NCBI GenBank assembly: GCA_019118645.1
Contig: DWYN01000149.1
Span: 1,277-65,276 of the forward strand
DNA length: 64,000 nt
DNA from: Candidatus Blautia excrementipullorum
GTDB taxonomy: Bacteria > Bacillota > Clostridia > Lachnospirales > Lachnospiraceae
Direction of reading: 5' to 3'
In this document: positions 10,472-21,440 of the stretch, one piece after another
Position numbering within the stretch: the stretch's first letter is position 1
How the letters are laid out: every line of letters starts with the position of its first letter
Program-made: the position numbers and the translations under genes
The notes under the pieces: model-generated
What the model saw: only the letters and a program-made list of their open reading frames with translations
What the model was told of the DNA's origin: nothing
The model's database searches: none

Positions 10472-11779
10472 TTATTCGGAAGCTTCGGAGATTCCTGCAT
10501 CTTCCTCTGATACAGTTTCTTCTGTATCAGAGGAGGCAGGGGTAATCCAGGAGCTTCTTTCATTTATCTTCTGCATAATACGGTCCGCTTCCTCTCCTTC
10601 AGCTGGGGTGGGCTGATAATTGTTATAGCCGGAATCTGAAGAAATGGAGCAGGGAATGATATTGGTCACATTGTCATCATTTACGCCATTTTGATCCACT
10701 GTAAATGTCTGCTGAAATATCATGGTATCCATGTCGCTGGGATAGGAGTTGCCTCCAAAGCAAAAATTCCCCAGACTGTATACAATATTTTTTCCCTTGT
10801 ATTCTTCGATTCCCTGCAAAACATGGGGATGATGGCCGCAGACAAGATCGGCGCCCTCGTCTATGGCAAGCCGGCCAAGCGTGGTCTGATTGCTGTCGGG
10901 AACCTCCTCCTTTTCGTTTCCCCAGTGGAAAATAACGATGATGATCTGAGCGCCTTCCTCTTTTACTTTTGCAATATTCTGTTTCAGCTGTTCCTCCCGT
11001 CCAAGATGATCGTTCAGTTCGTAGATGCCTACAAGGCCAACTTTCACTCCTTTAATTTCCATTACAGCTGTTTCATCGTAGCCAAAATGAACAATTCTCC
11101 GGCTGTCCAGCGCTGCCAGTGTGTCTGAGAAGCTCTGGTCGCCGTAGTCATGGCTGTGATTATTTGCCGTGTTGACAGCCTCGATATTCCCTGCGGTCAG
11201 TATGTCTGCAAATTCAGCAGGAGCTTTAAAGGCGAACTGCTTGTCCTCCCGCGATTCAGAGTCTGTGAGAGTACCTTCAAAATTGGCGATGGTGAGATCA
11301 TCCTCTGAAAAAATACTTTTTACATTGGAGAAAAAATAGTCAGCGCCATAACTTTCATAATAGGCGTTCAGACTTGTATCATAGTCAAAATTTTCATCTG
11401 TTCCGAGAGTACAGTCGCCTACTACGCTGACAGTAAGCGATACCGGCTGGTCGGGAAGCTCCTGATCAGCGCCTTCTTGTTCGGAAGCGTCTGAGGAATC
11501 GGTGTCAGCCTCTTTTACGGAGCTGCTTTCCAGCGTTCCCTCCTTTTGGGAGGTATCTTCCGAAACAGCGGAAGTATCTGCCGGTTCTGCTTTCCGGGAG
11601 GCGCATCCGCGGATCAGAAAAATCAAGATGATCAGAAAAAGAAGAGCCCCGATGCCAAAAATCAGACGAAGCCTTCTTTTTCTCTGTCTCTGATAATAGC
11701 GGGACTTTCGATATATGTTCTGCCTTCCGGGTCTGCGTCCGGAAGTATGTTTTCTGGTATTTTTCTGCACACTGCTCAT
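10472..11779 (-). CDS. CapA-family (PGA_cap) metallophosphatase, membrane anchored
   Basis: VGD, ANFEG, ANNHSHDYG, HWG.E, GHHPHVLQG, YSLGNF; start set at MSSVQ. Confidence 0.9.
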   Translation of the reverse strand: MSSVQKNTRKHTSGRRPGRQNIYRKSRYYQRQRKRRLRLIFGIGALLFLIILIFLIRGCASRKAEPADTSAVSEDTSQKEGTLESSSVKEADTDSSDASEQEGADQELPDQPVSLTVSVVGDCTLGTDENFDYDTSLNAYYESYGADYFFSNVKSIFSEDDLTIANFEGTLTDSESREDKQFAFKAPAEFADILTAGNIEAVNTANNHSHDYGDQSFSDTLAALDSRRIVHFGYDETAVMEIKGVKVGLVGIYELNDHLGREEQLKQNIAKVKEEGAQIIIVIFHWGNEKEEVPDSNQTTLGRLAIDEGADLVCGHHPHVLQGIEEYKGKNIVYSLGNFCFGGNSYPSDMDTMIFQQTFTVDQNGVNDDNVTNIIPCSISSDSGYNNYQPTPAEGEEADRIMQKINERSSWITPASSDTEETVSEEDAGISEASE

Positions 11780-12030
11780 ATGGTTCCCCCCGATTGTTTT
11801 ATCCTTTGAATCATTGTTCTCTGCTTTTATGAAATCAACTTTAGTATATGGAGTTTTACAGCAGCCGTCAATGATAATTTTACAGAAATACGATGGATAA
11901 GCACCCTGGAATAAAGCGGAACTCATTTTGGACTGGAATTCTCGAAATATGTCTGGTACAATAACGGGATAAAGCATAGCAAAGAGAAAAATTCTTAAAT
12001 TTTTACAAAAAACAGAAATGGAGAAAAAAT

Positions 12031-12873
12031 ATGTTATACATCGGAAATCATACTGCGTCTTCCAAGGGATATGAAAAAATGGCACAGCAGATGATTGCCA
12101 ACGGAGGAAATACATTTGCGTTTTTTACCAGGAATCCGAGAGGAGGGAAAGCGAAGGAAATCAATGAAACAGATGTGGAGAAATTTCTTGCGCTTGCCGG
12201 GGAACATCATTTCGGAAAAATAGTGGCTCATGCGCCATATACATTGAATGCCTGTGCGGCGAAGGAAAATCTCCGGGATTTTGCCAGAGAAACCATGGCA
12301 GACGACCTGAGACGCATGGAATATACTCCGGGCAATTACTATAATTTTCATCCGGGAAGCCATGTGGGACAGGGGACGGAAACGGGAATCCGAAAAATAG
12401 CGGAAATTCTGAACGAAGTTCTGACCGAGGGGCAGACCACGACAGTGCTCCTGGAGACCATGGCGGGAAAAGGTTCGGAAGTCGGCAGAAACTTTCAGGA
12501 AATTAAAGAAATTCTTGATCTGGTTGAGAAGAAAGATAAGATGGGCGTATGCCTGGATACTTGCCATGTATGGGATGGCGGATATGATATTGTACACAAT
12601 CTGGATGGGGTTCTGAAAGAATTTGACGAAATTATCGGACTTGACAGGTTAAAGGCGGTTCATCTTAATGACAGTATGAACGGACTCGGAAGTCATAAAG
12701 ACCGCCATGCAAAGATCGGAGAAGGACAAATCGGTCTGGATGCGCTGGTACGAGTGATCTGCCATCCGGCCCTTCAGGGGCTTCCGTTTATTCTGGAAAC
12801 CCCCAATGATGATGAAGGGTGGACAAAAGAAATAAAGCTTTTAAGAGAATCAGCCGCAAACTTCGTTCTTTAA
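12031..12873 (+). CDS. nfo: Endonuclease IV
   Basis: [37 protein letters not shown]. Confidence 0.95.
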   Translation: MLYIGNHTASSKGYEKMAQQMIANGGNTFAFFTRNPRGGKAKEINETDVEKFLALAGEHHFGKIVAHAPYTLNACAAKENLRDFARETMADDLRRMEYTPGNYYNFHPGSHVGQGTETGIRKIAEILNEVLTEGQTTTVLLETMAGKGSEVGRNFQEIKEILDLVEKKDKMGVCLDTCHVWDGGYDIVHNLDGVLKEFDEIIGLDRLKAVHLNDSMNGLGSHKDRHAKIGEGQIGLDALVRVICHPALQGLPFILETPNDDEGWTKEIKLLRESAANFVL

Positions 12874-13839
12874 TTCTTTTCCGTCGCGAAAATCAGCCGC
12901 GTTCTGAAGAGTAGTTTCCGCAATATTGGTCAGAGCCTCCTCTGTAAAAAAGCCCTGATGGGAAGTCATTGCCACATTGGGGAAGGAGAGGAGTCTCTGA
13001 ATTGTGGATCTCTGAAGAATGCGCTCCGACATATCCTCATAGACAAAGTCTGTTTCTTCTTCATAGACATCAAGCCCTACTGCGAAAAATTTATGATCCC
13101 GGATTCCTGCAATCAGGTCGTCTGTCTTAATCAGTCCTCCGCGGGAGGTGTTGACCAGAATGACACCGTCTTTCATTTTAGCAATAGACTCTTCATTTAT
13201 GAGATGATGGGTTTCCTCGGTAAGAGGGCAGTGAAGACTGATCAGATCACTTCTTCTGAAAAGCTCGTCAAGAGAAACGTATTCCAGAAAATCAAGATCT
13301 TTGTTCGGATAAAGATCATAGGCAAGAACTTTCATGCCGAAGCCTCTGCAGATTCTGGCCATGGCAAGACCGATCTTACCGGTGCCCACGATTCCAGCTG
13401 TTTTCTGATAGAGGTTGACGCCCATCAGGCCATTCAGGGCAAAGTTATTTTCCCTGCATTTGATGTAGGCTTTGTGGGTGTGGCGGTTAGCGGTGAGAAC
13501 AAGAGCCATAGCGTGCTCTGCCACAGCCTCCGGGGAATATCCCGGTACACGCAGAACCTTGATGCCGTACCTGGCCGCTGTTTTCAGGTCTACGTTGTTA
13601 TACCCGGCACAGCGCATGAGAATTACTTTCACTCCCTGACGGTGGAGCTCTTCGATAACCTCAGTGCCCAGATCTGCATTGACAAAAGCGCAGATTCCAT
13701 CATAGCCTTTGGCAAGGGAGGCTGTCTCCTCATGAATATTTGCTTCAATAAACTTGATGGAAATTCCCGGATATTCCGGGGCAAGCTTATCAAAGAAACG
13801 CTGGTCATAATCCTTGGTTCCATAAAAAAGTATTTTCAT
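12850..13839 (-). CDS. ldhA: D-lactate / D-2-hydroxyacid dehydrogenase
   Basis: [41 protein letters not shown]. Confidence 0.85.
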   Translation of the reverse strand: MKILFYGTKDYDQRFFDKLAPEYPGISIKFIEANIHEETASLAKGYDGICAFVNADLGTEVIEELHRQGVKVILMRCAGYNNVDLKTAARYGIKVLRVPGYSPEAVAEHAMALVLTANRHTHKAYIKCRENNFALNGLMGVNLYQKTAGIVGTGKIGLAMARICRGFGMKVLAYDLYPNKDLDFLEYVSLDELFRRSDLISLHCPLTEETHHLINEESIAKMKDGVILVNTSRGGLIKTDDLIAGIRDHKFFAVGLDVYEEETDFVYEDMSERILQRSTIQRLLSFPNVAMTSHQGFFTEEALTNIAETTLQNAADFRDGKELKNEVCG

Positions 13840-13948
13840 ATGCATTTACCTCCTTTGATTGGACTGCTGGTCCGGCAGGAATTCTCTATCATATACGGTA
13901 AGATTTCCCGAATATCAGAAATTTATGCGGCTCTTTTTCCGTCAGAAG

Positions 13949-15220
13949 CTATATTAAATGATAAAGATCCTTGTAAAAATCCGGATAAGAGATTTTTACG
14001 CAGTCCCAGTTCAGAATGTCCATCCTTCCCGGACAGACAGTGCCAGCAACAGCAAAGGACATAGCCACCCGATGATCCAGATGGGGATCAATTACGGCCC
14101 CCTGGAGAGGCTTTCCTCCGTGAATGATCATTCCGTCTTCTGTAGTCTGAACGTCTGCGCCCATACGCTTCAGATTTTCGGCCATAACTGCAATCCGGTC
14201 GGATTCTTTTACTTTCAGTTCCTGGGCATCCCGAATAATCGTTGTTCCCTCTGCAAAAGCGGCCATTACGGCCAGGATCGGAATTTCGTCGATGAGAGTG
14301 GGAATATCCGCGCCTTCAATTACCGTGCCTTTCAGCGCGCTTGTTCTGACCAGGATATCTGCAGTGGGTTCCCCATGATGATTTTCATTTAACAGAGTAA
14401 TATCGGCTCCCATCATCCGGCTGATTTTCAATATTCCGGCTCTTGTAGGATTGATGCCTACGTTTTTCAAAAGAATTTCGCTGTCCGGAGTAAGAAGACC
14501 TGCAGCGATAAAATAGGCGGCAGAGGAAATATCTCCGGGAACGGTTATTTCCCTGGCCTCCAGCTCCGGCTCCGGACAAATGGAAGCGGCAGTGCCTTCC
14601 GAAGTGACAGCTGCGCCAAAATATTTCAGCATGATCTCCGTATGATTCCTCGAAAGAAACGGTTCTGTAACACTTGTGGGACTGTCTGCATACATTCCCG
14701 CAAGCAGTACGCAGGATTTTACCTGGGCGGAAGATACGGGGGAAGAATAGTGGATACCATGCAGAGGACGTCCTGAAATCAGAAGGGGCGCGCAGCCGTT
14801 TTCTTTTTTGCTCCGGATATCTGCCCCCATAGCGGTAAGAGGCAGGATAATACGATCCATGGGACGGGTGCGTATGGAGGCATCTCCGTCCAGCTGTGAA
14901 CAGAATTTCTGTCCGGCGAGAATACCGGAGATCAGACGGGTGGTTGTACCGCTGTTTCCGACGTCCAGGATTCCTTCCGGAGCGCGCAGGCCATGGAGTC
15001 CTTTTCCGTGAACAAGAACCTCTGACTCTTTTCGCTCAATTTCGATCCCCATTTTCTGAAAACAGGAGATTGTAGAAAGGCAGTCTGCTCCCTCCAGGAA
15101 ATGGGAGATGCGAGTGGTTCCCTTTGCAAGAGCCCCGAACATGACGGCTCTGTGGGAGATGGATTTGTCGCCGGGAACTGCAAGGGTTCCCCGCAGCCCG
15201 TTTTGTTTTTTGATTTCCAT
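13949..15220 (-). CDS. aroA: EPSP synthase
   Basis: PGDKSISHRA, GNSGTTTRL, SSAQVKS, KESDRI, DHRVAM. Confidence 0.97.
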   Translation of the reverse strand: MEIKKQNGLRGTLAVPGDKSISHRAVMFGALAKGTTRISHFLEGADCLSTISCFQKMGIEIERKESEVLVHGKGLHGLRAPEGILDVGNSGTTTRLISGILAGQKFCSQLDGDASIRTRPMDRIILPLTAMGADIRSKKENGCAPLLISGRPLHGIHYSSPVSSAQVKSCVLLAGMYADSPTSVTEPFLSRNHTEIMLKYFGAAVTSEGTAASICPEPELEAREITVPGDISSAAYFIAAGLLTPDSEILLKNVGINPTRAGILKISRMMGADITLLNENHHGEPTADILVRTSALKGTVIEGADIPTLIDEIPILAVMAAFAEGTTIIRDAQELKVKESDRIAVMAENLKRMGADVQTTEDGMIIHGGKPLQGAVIDPHLDHRVAMSFAVAGTVCPGRMDILNWDCVKISYPDFYKDLYHLI

Positions 15221-15229
15221 AACTGTTAC

Positions 15230-16321
15230 CTACCGTTCATATATAATATAGTTGCGCTTTCGGAGAAGGGCAGCGCCCCTCTTCATGGCTTCCTCTACAT
15301 AAAATTCTATTTTCAGCACGCCCTGTTCAAATTCACGGTTATGAATGATGCCGATATTTTTTATGCTGATATTATCCATGGCAAGAATCGTGGCAATGGT
15401 GGCAATTCCGCCGGCCTCATCCACAATATCCAGGTACAGAATATAGGCCTTCGTAATCAGTCCGTTTGAAGTGACGTCAATAGAATCCCTGTAATCTCTG
15501 GAGCTGGCAAACAGCTGATATAGATTGTCCGCTTCCTGATTGTCAATGGAACACCGGATCTGAATCAGCATGCGTATATATTCATCCAGTACGGATGAAA
15601 TATTCCGGCTGTTTTCCAGGCAGATCTGCTGCCACATAACCGGGGATGAGGACGCGATTCTTGTAATATCCCGAAATCCTCCGGCGGCAATGGTCTTCAT
15701 GTACTCTGCATCGTTGTCCAGGGCGTTCACCAGATTGACCAGCGAAGAAGCGATAATGTGAGGCAGATGACTGACGCCGGCCGTGATAAAATCATGTTCT
15801 TCTGCGGTAAGAACCATTGGAATTGCTCCAAGTGAATCAATCAGCTCAGAAAACTCTGTCAGCTTTTCCAGAGGAACCTCCCCGCCGGGCGTTAAAATGT
15901 AATATGCATTTTCCAGCAGGTGATCCGAGGAATTCGCATATCCGGACCGCTCTGATCCTGCCATGGGATGACCGCCGATGAAACAGTGATCCATTCCCAG
16001 CTCCTCCACCGCCTGATGAATAGGGCCTTTGACGCTTCCTGCGTCTGTAATGATGCACTGACCGGAAATGACTGTTTTCAGGTACTTCAGATATTCAATA
16101 TTGTACTCAACCGGAGCGCACAGAAAAATATAGTCGCAGGACTGATAGCGTTCATCCTCAGCCTCCAGCACACCGTCGATAACACCGTCTTTTAAAGCCG
16201 CAGCCAGGGTTTCTCTGTGTCTGGCGTAGGCAAGAATGTGATAATCAGGATGAAATCTGCGCAGCGTTTTCGCAATGGATCCGCCGATCAGACCCAGCCC
16301 GATAAAACCAATGGTTTTCAT
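15230..16321 (-). CDS. tyrA: Prephenate dehydrogenase with ACT domain
   Basis: GLGLIGGS, GGHPMAGSE, HD..TAGVSHLPH, GFRDITRIA. Confidence 0.93.
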   Translation of the reverse strand: MKTIGFIGLGLIGGSIAKTLRRFHPDYHILAYARHRETLAAALKDGVIDGVLEAEDERYQSCDYIFLCAPVEYNIEYLKYLKTVISGQCIITDAGSVKGPIHQAVEELGMDHCFIGGHPMAGSERSGYANSSDHLLENAYYILTPGGEVPLEKLTEFSELIDSLGAIPMVLTAEEHDFITAGVSHLPHIIASSLVNLVNALDNDAEYMKTIAAGGFRDITRIASSSPVMWQQICLENSRNISSVLDEYIRMLIQIRCSIDNQEADNLYQLFASSRDYRDSIDVTSNGLITKAYILYLDIVDEAGGIATIATILAMDNISIKNIGIIHNREFEQGVLKIEFYVEEAMKRGAALLRKRNYIIYER

Positions 16322-16551
16322 ATGTATAGCTTCCTTTCCCAGATGCATAAAATATACCTGCAGGGAATTCCCTCCAGGAACTCTGCATTTATTTTAAAAG
16401 ATACAGGGGGAAAAGTCAAATACAGGAAAGAAATCAGGAAATATTCCCGGAATATGATTCGTGAAATGGTGTATTTACATTTTTTTCTCTGTCCATCAGA
16501 TAAGATGCACAAATTTTTTGTAAAAAAAGTTGTTAAAATTATATAAAATAC

Positions 16552-16580
16552 TTGAAATAGCAGAATTTTTTTAGTAAAAT
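16552..16580 (+). promoter_or_regulatory. sigma-A promoter
   Basis: TTGAAA-17-TAAAAT upstream of the EF-G paralog. Confidence 0.6.
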
Positions 16581-16614
16581 ATGAACATATTAGACAAACA
16601 GGGAGGTATTACAT

Positions 16615-18705
16615 ATGGACGTTTATAGAACTGACCGAATCAGAAATGTAGTCCTATTAGGTCACGGCGGATCCGGCAAGACGACTTTGGCAGAGGCGAT
16701 GGCTTATCTGGCCGGAATGACAAGCCGGCTGGGAAGAGTGGAAGATGGGAATACAGTCAGCGATTTTGATAAAGAAGAGACGAAAAGACATTTCTCAATT
16801 TCAACATCTCTGCTCCCTATTCCGTGGGATAAAGTAAAAGTAAATATACTGGATACTCCCGGATACTTTGATTTTGTAGGAGAAGTGGAAGAGGCTGTCA
16901 GTGCGGCAGACGCGGCGATTATTGTTGTTTCCGGCAAGGCGGGAGTTCAGGTGGGAACTCAGAAGGCATGGAAGCTCTGCGAGAAATATAAACTTCCCCG
17001 TATGTTCTTTGTTACGGATATGGATGTGGACGATGTCAGCTACCGTAAGGTTGTGGAAGAACTTACAGAACTGTACGGCAAGAAAATCGCTCCCCTTCAT
17101 TTCCCCATAAGAGAAGATGGAAAATTCGTCGGCTATGTCAATGTAGTGAAGCAGGCCGGAAGAAAATATATTGATAAAGGCAAGAAAGAACCCTGTGATA
17201 TTCCGGAGTATCTGAACGAATATCTGGAAAAATATCATGAGATTCTTATGGAATCTGTAGCTGAGACAAGTGAAGAGTTTATGGACCGGTATTTTGAAGG
17301 CGATGAATTCTCTGTTACAGAGGTTTCCGCGGCACTGGCGACGAACGTCCAGGACGGAAGCATTGTTCCTGTATGTATGGGATCTCCGGTAAACTTAAGA
17401 GGCGTATCCAATCTTCTGGATGACATCTGCGGCTATTTCCCCAGCCCGGACAAACGCGCCTGCAATGGTATTTCCCAGAAAACAAATGAAATTTTTGAGG
17501 CAAATTATGATTTCTCGAAATCAAAATCCGCCTATGTATGGAAAACGATTGTGGATCCGTTCCTTGGAAAATATTCTCTCATTAAAGTGGCTTCCGGAGT
17601 TGTCAAATCTGACGACACGCTGCTGAATGTGGAAAAGGGAGATGAGGAGCGGCTGAATAAGCTTTATGTGCTGGAAGGTTCCAAGCCTTATGAAGTTCCG
17701 GAACTTCACGCAGGAGATATCGGCGCCATCGCCAAGCTGAACAGTGTTCAGACAGGCGACAGCCTTGCGGCGAAAAACGCGCCGGTTCTTTATCCCAAAG
17801 CGGTTATCTCCACCCCTTATACCTGCAAGAGATATAAAGCGGTGAAAAAAGGAGACGAGGATAAGATCTCCCAGGCTCTTTCCAAAATGGCCAGTGAAGA
17901 CAAAACCCTCCGCATGGAAAACGATTCCGCAAACAGACAGACGCTTCTCTATGGAATGGGAGACCAGCATCTGGATATTGTGGTAAGTAAGCTGAAAGAA
18001 CGCTATAAAGTAGATATTGAGCTGTCCAAGCCGAAGGTTCCTTTCCGGGAGACCATCCGCAAGAGCTCCGATGTGGAAGGCAAACATAAAAAACAGTCCG
18101 GCGGACATGGCCAGTACGGACATGTTAAGATGCGTTTTGAGCCTTCCGGCGATCTGGAGACGCCTTATGTGTTTGAACAGGTAGTTGTAGGCGGCGCTGT
18201 ACCCAAGAACTATTTCCCGGCAGTAGAAAAGGGCCTTCAGGAATGCGTTCAGAAGGGACCGCTGGCTTCCTATCCGGTAGTGGGCGTGAAAGCGACTCTT
18301 TACGATGGATCCTATCATCCGGTAGATTCCTCGGAGATGGCGTTTAAGATGGCAACGATTCTTGCCTTTAAAAAGGGCTTCATGGAGGCTTCCCCGGTAC
18401 TTCTTGAGCCGATCGTCAGCATGAAGGTTACTGTTCCGGACAAATATACCGGCGACGTAATGGGCGATCTGAACAAGCGACGCGGCCGCGTTCTCGGAAT
18501 GAATCCGGATCATGAAGGAAACACGGTGATTGAAGCAGACGTACCTCAGCTTGAGATTTACGGATATTCTACAGACCTTCGCTCCATGACGGGCGGCAGC
18601 GGAGATTTCTCCTATGCGTTTGCCCGCTATGAACAGGCTCCGGCTGAGATCCAGAAGAAGGAGATTGAGGCAAGAGCGGCTAAGGACGACGGCGCAGAAG
18701 ACTAA
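16615..18705 (+). CDS. Elongation factor G-like paralog (EF-G2 type)
   Basis: GHGGSGKTT, DTPG, KKQSGGHGQYG, DGSYHPVDSSEMAF; degenerate G2/G4 motifs. Confidence 0.92.
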   Translation: MDVYRTDRIRNVVLLGHGGSGKTTLAEAMAYLAGMTSRLGRVEDGNTVSDFDKEETKRHFSISTSLLPIPWDKVKVNILDTPGYFDFVGEVEEAVSAADAAIIVVSGKAGVQVGTQKAWKLCEKYKLPRMFFVTDMDVDDVSYRKVVEELTELYGKKIAPLHFPIREDGKFVGYVNVVKQAGRKYIDKGKKEPCDIPEYLNEYLEKYHEILMESVAETSEEFMDRYFEGDEFSVTEVSAALATNVQDGSIVPVCMGSPVNLRGVSNLLDDICGYFPSPDKRACNGISQKTNEIFEANYDFSKSKSAYVWKTIVDPFLGKYSLIKVASGVVKSDDTLLNVEKGDEERLNKLYVLEGSKPYEVPELHAGDIGAIAKLNSVQTGDSLAAKNAPVLYPKAVISTPYTCKRYKAVKKGDEDKISQALSKMASEDKTLRMENDSANRQTLLYGMGDQHLDIVVSKLKERYKVDIELSKPKVPFRETIRKSSDVEGKHKKQSGGHGQYGHVKMRFEPSGDLETPYVFEQVVVGGAVPKNYFPAVEKGLQECVQKGPLASYPVVGVKATLYDGSYHPVDSSEMAFKMATILAFKKGFMEASPVLLEPIVSMKVTVPDKYTGDVMGDLNKRRGRVLGMNPDHEGNTVIEADVPQLEIYGYSTDLRSMTGGSGDFSYAFARYEQAPAEIQKKEIEARAAKDDGAED

Positions 18706-18726
18706 GTGAAAATCAAAAAATAAGTG

Positions 18727-18776
18727 AAAGGAGACAGCTGGAGTTTAGCTAAAGAAAGGATCCGCTGTCTCTTTTT
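18727..18776 (+). terminator. Terminator after EF-G paralog
   Basis: AAAGGAGACAGC...GCTGTCTCTTTTT. Confidence 0.65.
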
Positions 18777-18796
18777 GCTTAAGAAGGAGAAAGATT

Positions 18797-19900
18797 ATGA
18801 AAAAGAAAAAATGTTTTTTATGTACTATTTTTCTTGTGGCTTTTATGCTGCTGGGAAGTTTGACTTTCACTGCAGGACCGGCAGAAGTATCGGCTGCAAC
18901 TGGTAATGTGGGAACCGTAAGGCTGCGTACCATCAATGCTGTTTCTTCCACAAAAGTACGTCTGACCTGGAACAAAGTTTCCCGGGCAAGCGGATACAGG
19001 GTATACAGAAAGACGGGAAATTCCGGCTGGAAAGCATTAAAAAATGCAAGTGCGGCAGCATGGGCATGTACAGACACCACGGTTAAACCCGGAACAAAAT
19101 ATACCTATACGGTACGTGCGTACAGAAGGGTGAATGGAAAAGTTGTCTGGGGCGGATATAATAAAAAAGGATTAACGGCAACGACTCCGAAGGCAGTCAG
19201 TCAATCAGTGGGAACCGTAAAGCTGCGTACCATCAATGCTGTCTCTCCCACAAAAGTACGTCTGACCTGGAACAAAGTTTCCCGGGCAAGCGGATACAGG
19301 GTATACAGAAAGACGGGAAATTCCGGCTGGAAAGCATTAAAAAATGCAAGTGCGGCAGCATGGGCATGTACGGACACCACGGTTAAACCCGGAACGAAAT
19401 ATACCTATACAGTACGTGCGTACAGAAGGGTGAATGGAAAAGTTATCTGGGGCGGATATAATAAAAATGGCCTGACTGTTTCTGTTTCCGGAAAAGTTTT
19501 AGATTTGAAAAATTATTTCCAGAAGGGAGTTTCCAAATCGGAGATGCAGAGGCTGGCTGCGGATATCGGCGGAATGAGAAAAAGCGCAAACGCTAAGTAT
19601 CCCAGTCTGTATTATACCGGTAATAATATGACGGTTGGCGTCAATCTTAATGCTTTATATGGAACATATAAGGATGAATATGTCCGCATTCGGAACAGCG
19701 GTAATGTAAATGCCCGATTCTATGGTGTGAAGATAGGGGACACGAGACAACAGATGGAAAGTAAATTCGGCAAATACAATATCCGAAGCTATGATGGAGG
19801 AAAAACCTATACCAATGCAAATGCCTGGCAGGTAAAGGTTGTATTTTCCGGTGGGAAGCTTAAAGCATATACTTATATATGCGCACCTACAAGCAGATAA
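18797..19900 (+). CDS. Secreted basic protein with two fibronectin type III domains
   Basis: Signal peptide; LTWNKV..ASGYRVYR, D.TVKPGTKYTYTVRAY repeated twice. Confidence 0.88.
   Translation: MKKKKCFLCTIFLVAFMLLGSLTFTAGPAEVSAATGNVGTVRLRTINAVSSTKVRLTWNKVSRASGYRVYRKTGNSGWKALKNASAAAWACTDTTVKPGTKYTYTVRAYRRVNGKVVWGGYNKKGLTATTPKAVSQSVGTVKLRTINAVSPTKVRLTWNKVSRASGYRVYRKTGNSGWKALKNASAAAWACTDTTVKPGTKYTYTVRAYRRVNGKVIWGGYNKNGLTVSVSGKVLDLKNYFQKGVSKSEMQRLAADIGGMRKSANAKYPSLYYTGNNMTVGVNLNALYGTYKDEYVRIRNSGNVNARFYGVKIGDTRQQMESKFGKYNIRSYDGGKTYTNANAWQVKVVFSGGKLKAYTYICAPTSR
18908..19467 (+). repeat. Direct repeat of about 260 nt, period 300 nt (18908-19167 / 19208-19467)
   Basis: 7 mismatches counted by eye, all transitions. 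Confidence 0.95.
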
Positions 19901-19956
19901 AAAATTTGTAAATTTCTGATTCGATAATTAATATGTAAAAGTGCTATGCCTGGAAC

Positions 19957-19981
19957 TGTAATCCATGGCTTAGCACTTTTT
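19957..19981 (+). terminator. 3' arm and U-tract of terminator hairpin (5' arm begins near 19937)
   Basis: AAAAGTGCTATGCC...GGCTTAGCACTTTTT. Confidence 0.65.
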
Positions 19982-20129
19982 ATATTTTCCAGAAGGCTGA
20001 GGGCTCTTAAAGCAAATATTCAGAGAGAAATTTGCATATTTAAATAAAAATGATATAATCAGAAAGAATTGACAGCAGATTTTAGAAAAGGAAATTCATA
20101 AAAAACTTAACAATTATGGAGAAATTACT

Positions 20130-20864
20130 ATGAATGGAAAAGTGCAGAGCAAAGACAGATATTATCTCATGTGCGAGAGAAAGTGGATCTACTATGTATT
20201 AATGACAGTGGCCGGTTTTTTCGGCGCCTATACATATCTTTTGAGGGGAAATGTGTTCTGCAATGCGCAGACGGGAAATGTGGTGCTGATGGGAATGGCG
20301 CTGGGCGAAGGAAAATGGGAGGAGGGATTTTATTATCTGATTCCGATTTCCGCTTATCTGATGGGAGCGTTTTTGTCGGAACTGGTGCCAAACCCCATTA
20401 AGCATCGTCTCCCTATTCGGTGGGATACACTTTTGATCGGGATAGAAATGCTGGCTGTTGCAGTTCTGGGATTTGTGCCGGAATCTGCTCCGGTTCAGAT
20501 TTCTCAGATTACCATCAATTTTATTGCATCTATGCAGTACAATACTTTCCGCCAGGCAGAAGGAATTCCGGTGGCCACCACCTTCGCCACCAACCACATC
20601 CGTCAGATCGGAGTCGGACTGGCAAAAGAAATTCAGCATTTTCATGAAAAAGAAAAACCCTACAGGAAGAAGCTGCTGAGACACCTGGGAATGCTTTTCT
20701 ATTTTCTTCTCGGGGCGGTGACGGGAACAATATTCTGCACTCTTTTAGTGGGAAAGGCGATCTGGGTCACGCTGATTCCTTTTGCCGTTATTTTTGCCGC
20801 GCTGCTCCATGCGGATCTTACTACTGAAAAAAATATGATAGAAAAAAAGCCCTCCGGCCATTAA
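20130..20864 (+). CDS. YoaK / DUF1275 membrane protein
   Basis: NAQTGNVV, MQYNTFR, TTFATNH; multiple TM helices. Confidence 0.88.
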   Translation: MNGKVQSKDRYYLMCERKWIYYVLMTVAGFFGAYTYLLRGNVFCNAQTGNVVLMGMALGEGKWEEGFYYLIPISAYLMGAFLSELVPNPIKHRLPIRWDTLLIGIEMLAVAVLGFVPESAPVQISQITINFIASMQYNTFRQAEGIPVATTFATNHIRQIGVGLAKEIQHFHEKEKPYRKKLLRHLGMLFYFLLGAVTGTIFCTLLVGKAIWVTLIPFAVIFAALLHADLTTEKNMIEKKPSGH

Positions 20865-21063
20865 TACGGAGAAACGGCTGCAAAATACAAATAGCTCTTT
20901 TCATGTAGAACTCAGTATTTTATTTAAATCTACCTGTCCACACTTTCCTTCGGGTAAGTATCGCACTTTTATGTGCGTACTTGTTTTGTTGAGTATTCTT
21001 GCTAAAATGATAATATCAGAAGCAGGAAATGCCAATATCCTGCAGAAAAAGGAGAGATTTTAT

Positions 21064-21411
21064 ATGAGTAAAAAAATCGTTGTAATTACAGGAAGTCCGC
21101 GCAAAAACGGCAACAGCTTTGCTATGACAGACGCTTTTATTAAAGCGGTAGAGAAAAAAGGACATACAGTGACAAGATTTGACGCGGCCATGATGAAGCT
21201 GGGAGGCTGCCATGCATGTGAAACCTGCTATAAGACAGAAAAAGCCTGTTCTTTTGACGATGATTTTAACACAATTGCGCCGGCTATCTTAGCGGCGGAT
21301 GCCATTGTGTTTACCATGCCGGTTTAATTGATTCCCGGAGTTCTGAATGTTGGAGATATCCAAAAGACAGACGGCTGCGCACAGGCGGAAGCCCTGGCAG
21401 ATAAAATTTGA
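21064..21411 (+). pseudogene. Flavodoxin-like (NADPH-dependent FMN reductase family) gene with internal deletion
   Basis: GSPRKNGNS..CHACETC..C..DD stops at TMPV*; the C-terminal fragment LIPGVLNVGDIQKTDGCAQAEALADKI* follows directly. Confidence 0.8.
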
Positions 21412-21440
21412 GAGCAGCATGATTTGAAAGGAGAAGCAGC

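Noticed and set aside
18908-19467. Possible diversity-generating retroelement template/variable repeat pair
   Set aside because: Mismatches are not adenine-specific to one copy, both copies are in frame in one gene, and no reverse transcriptase is present.
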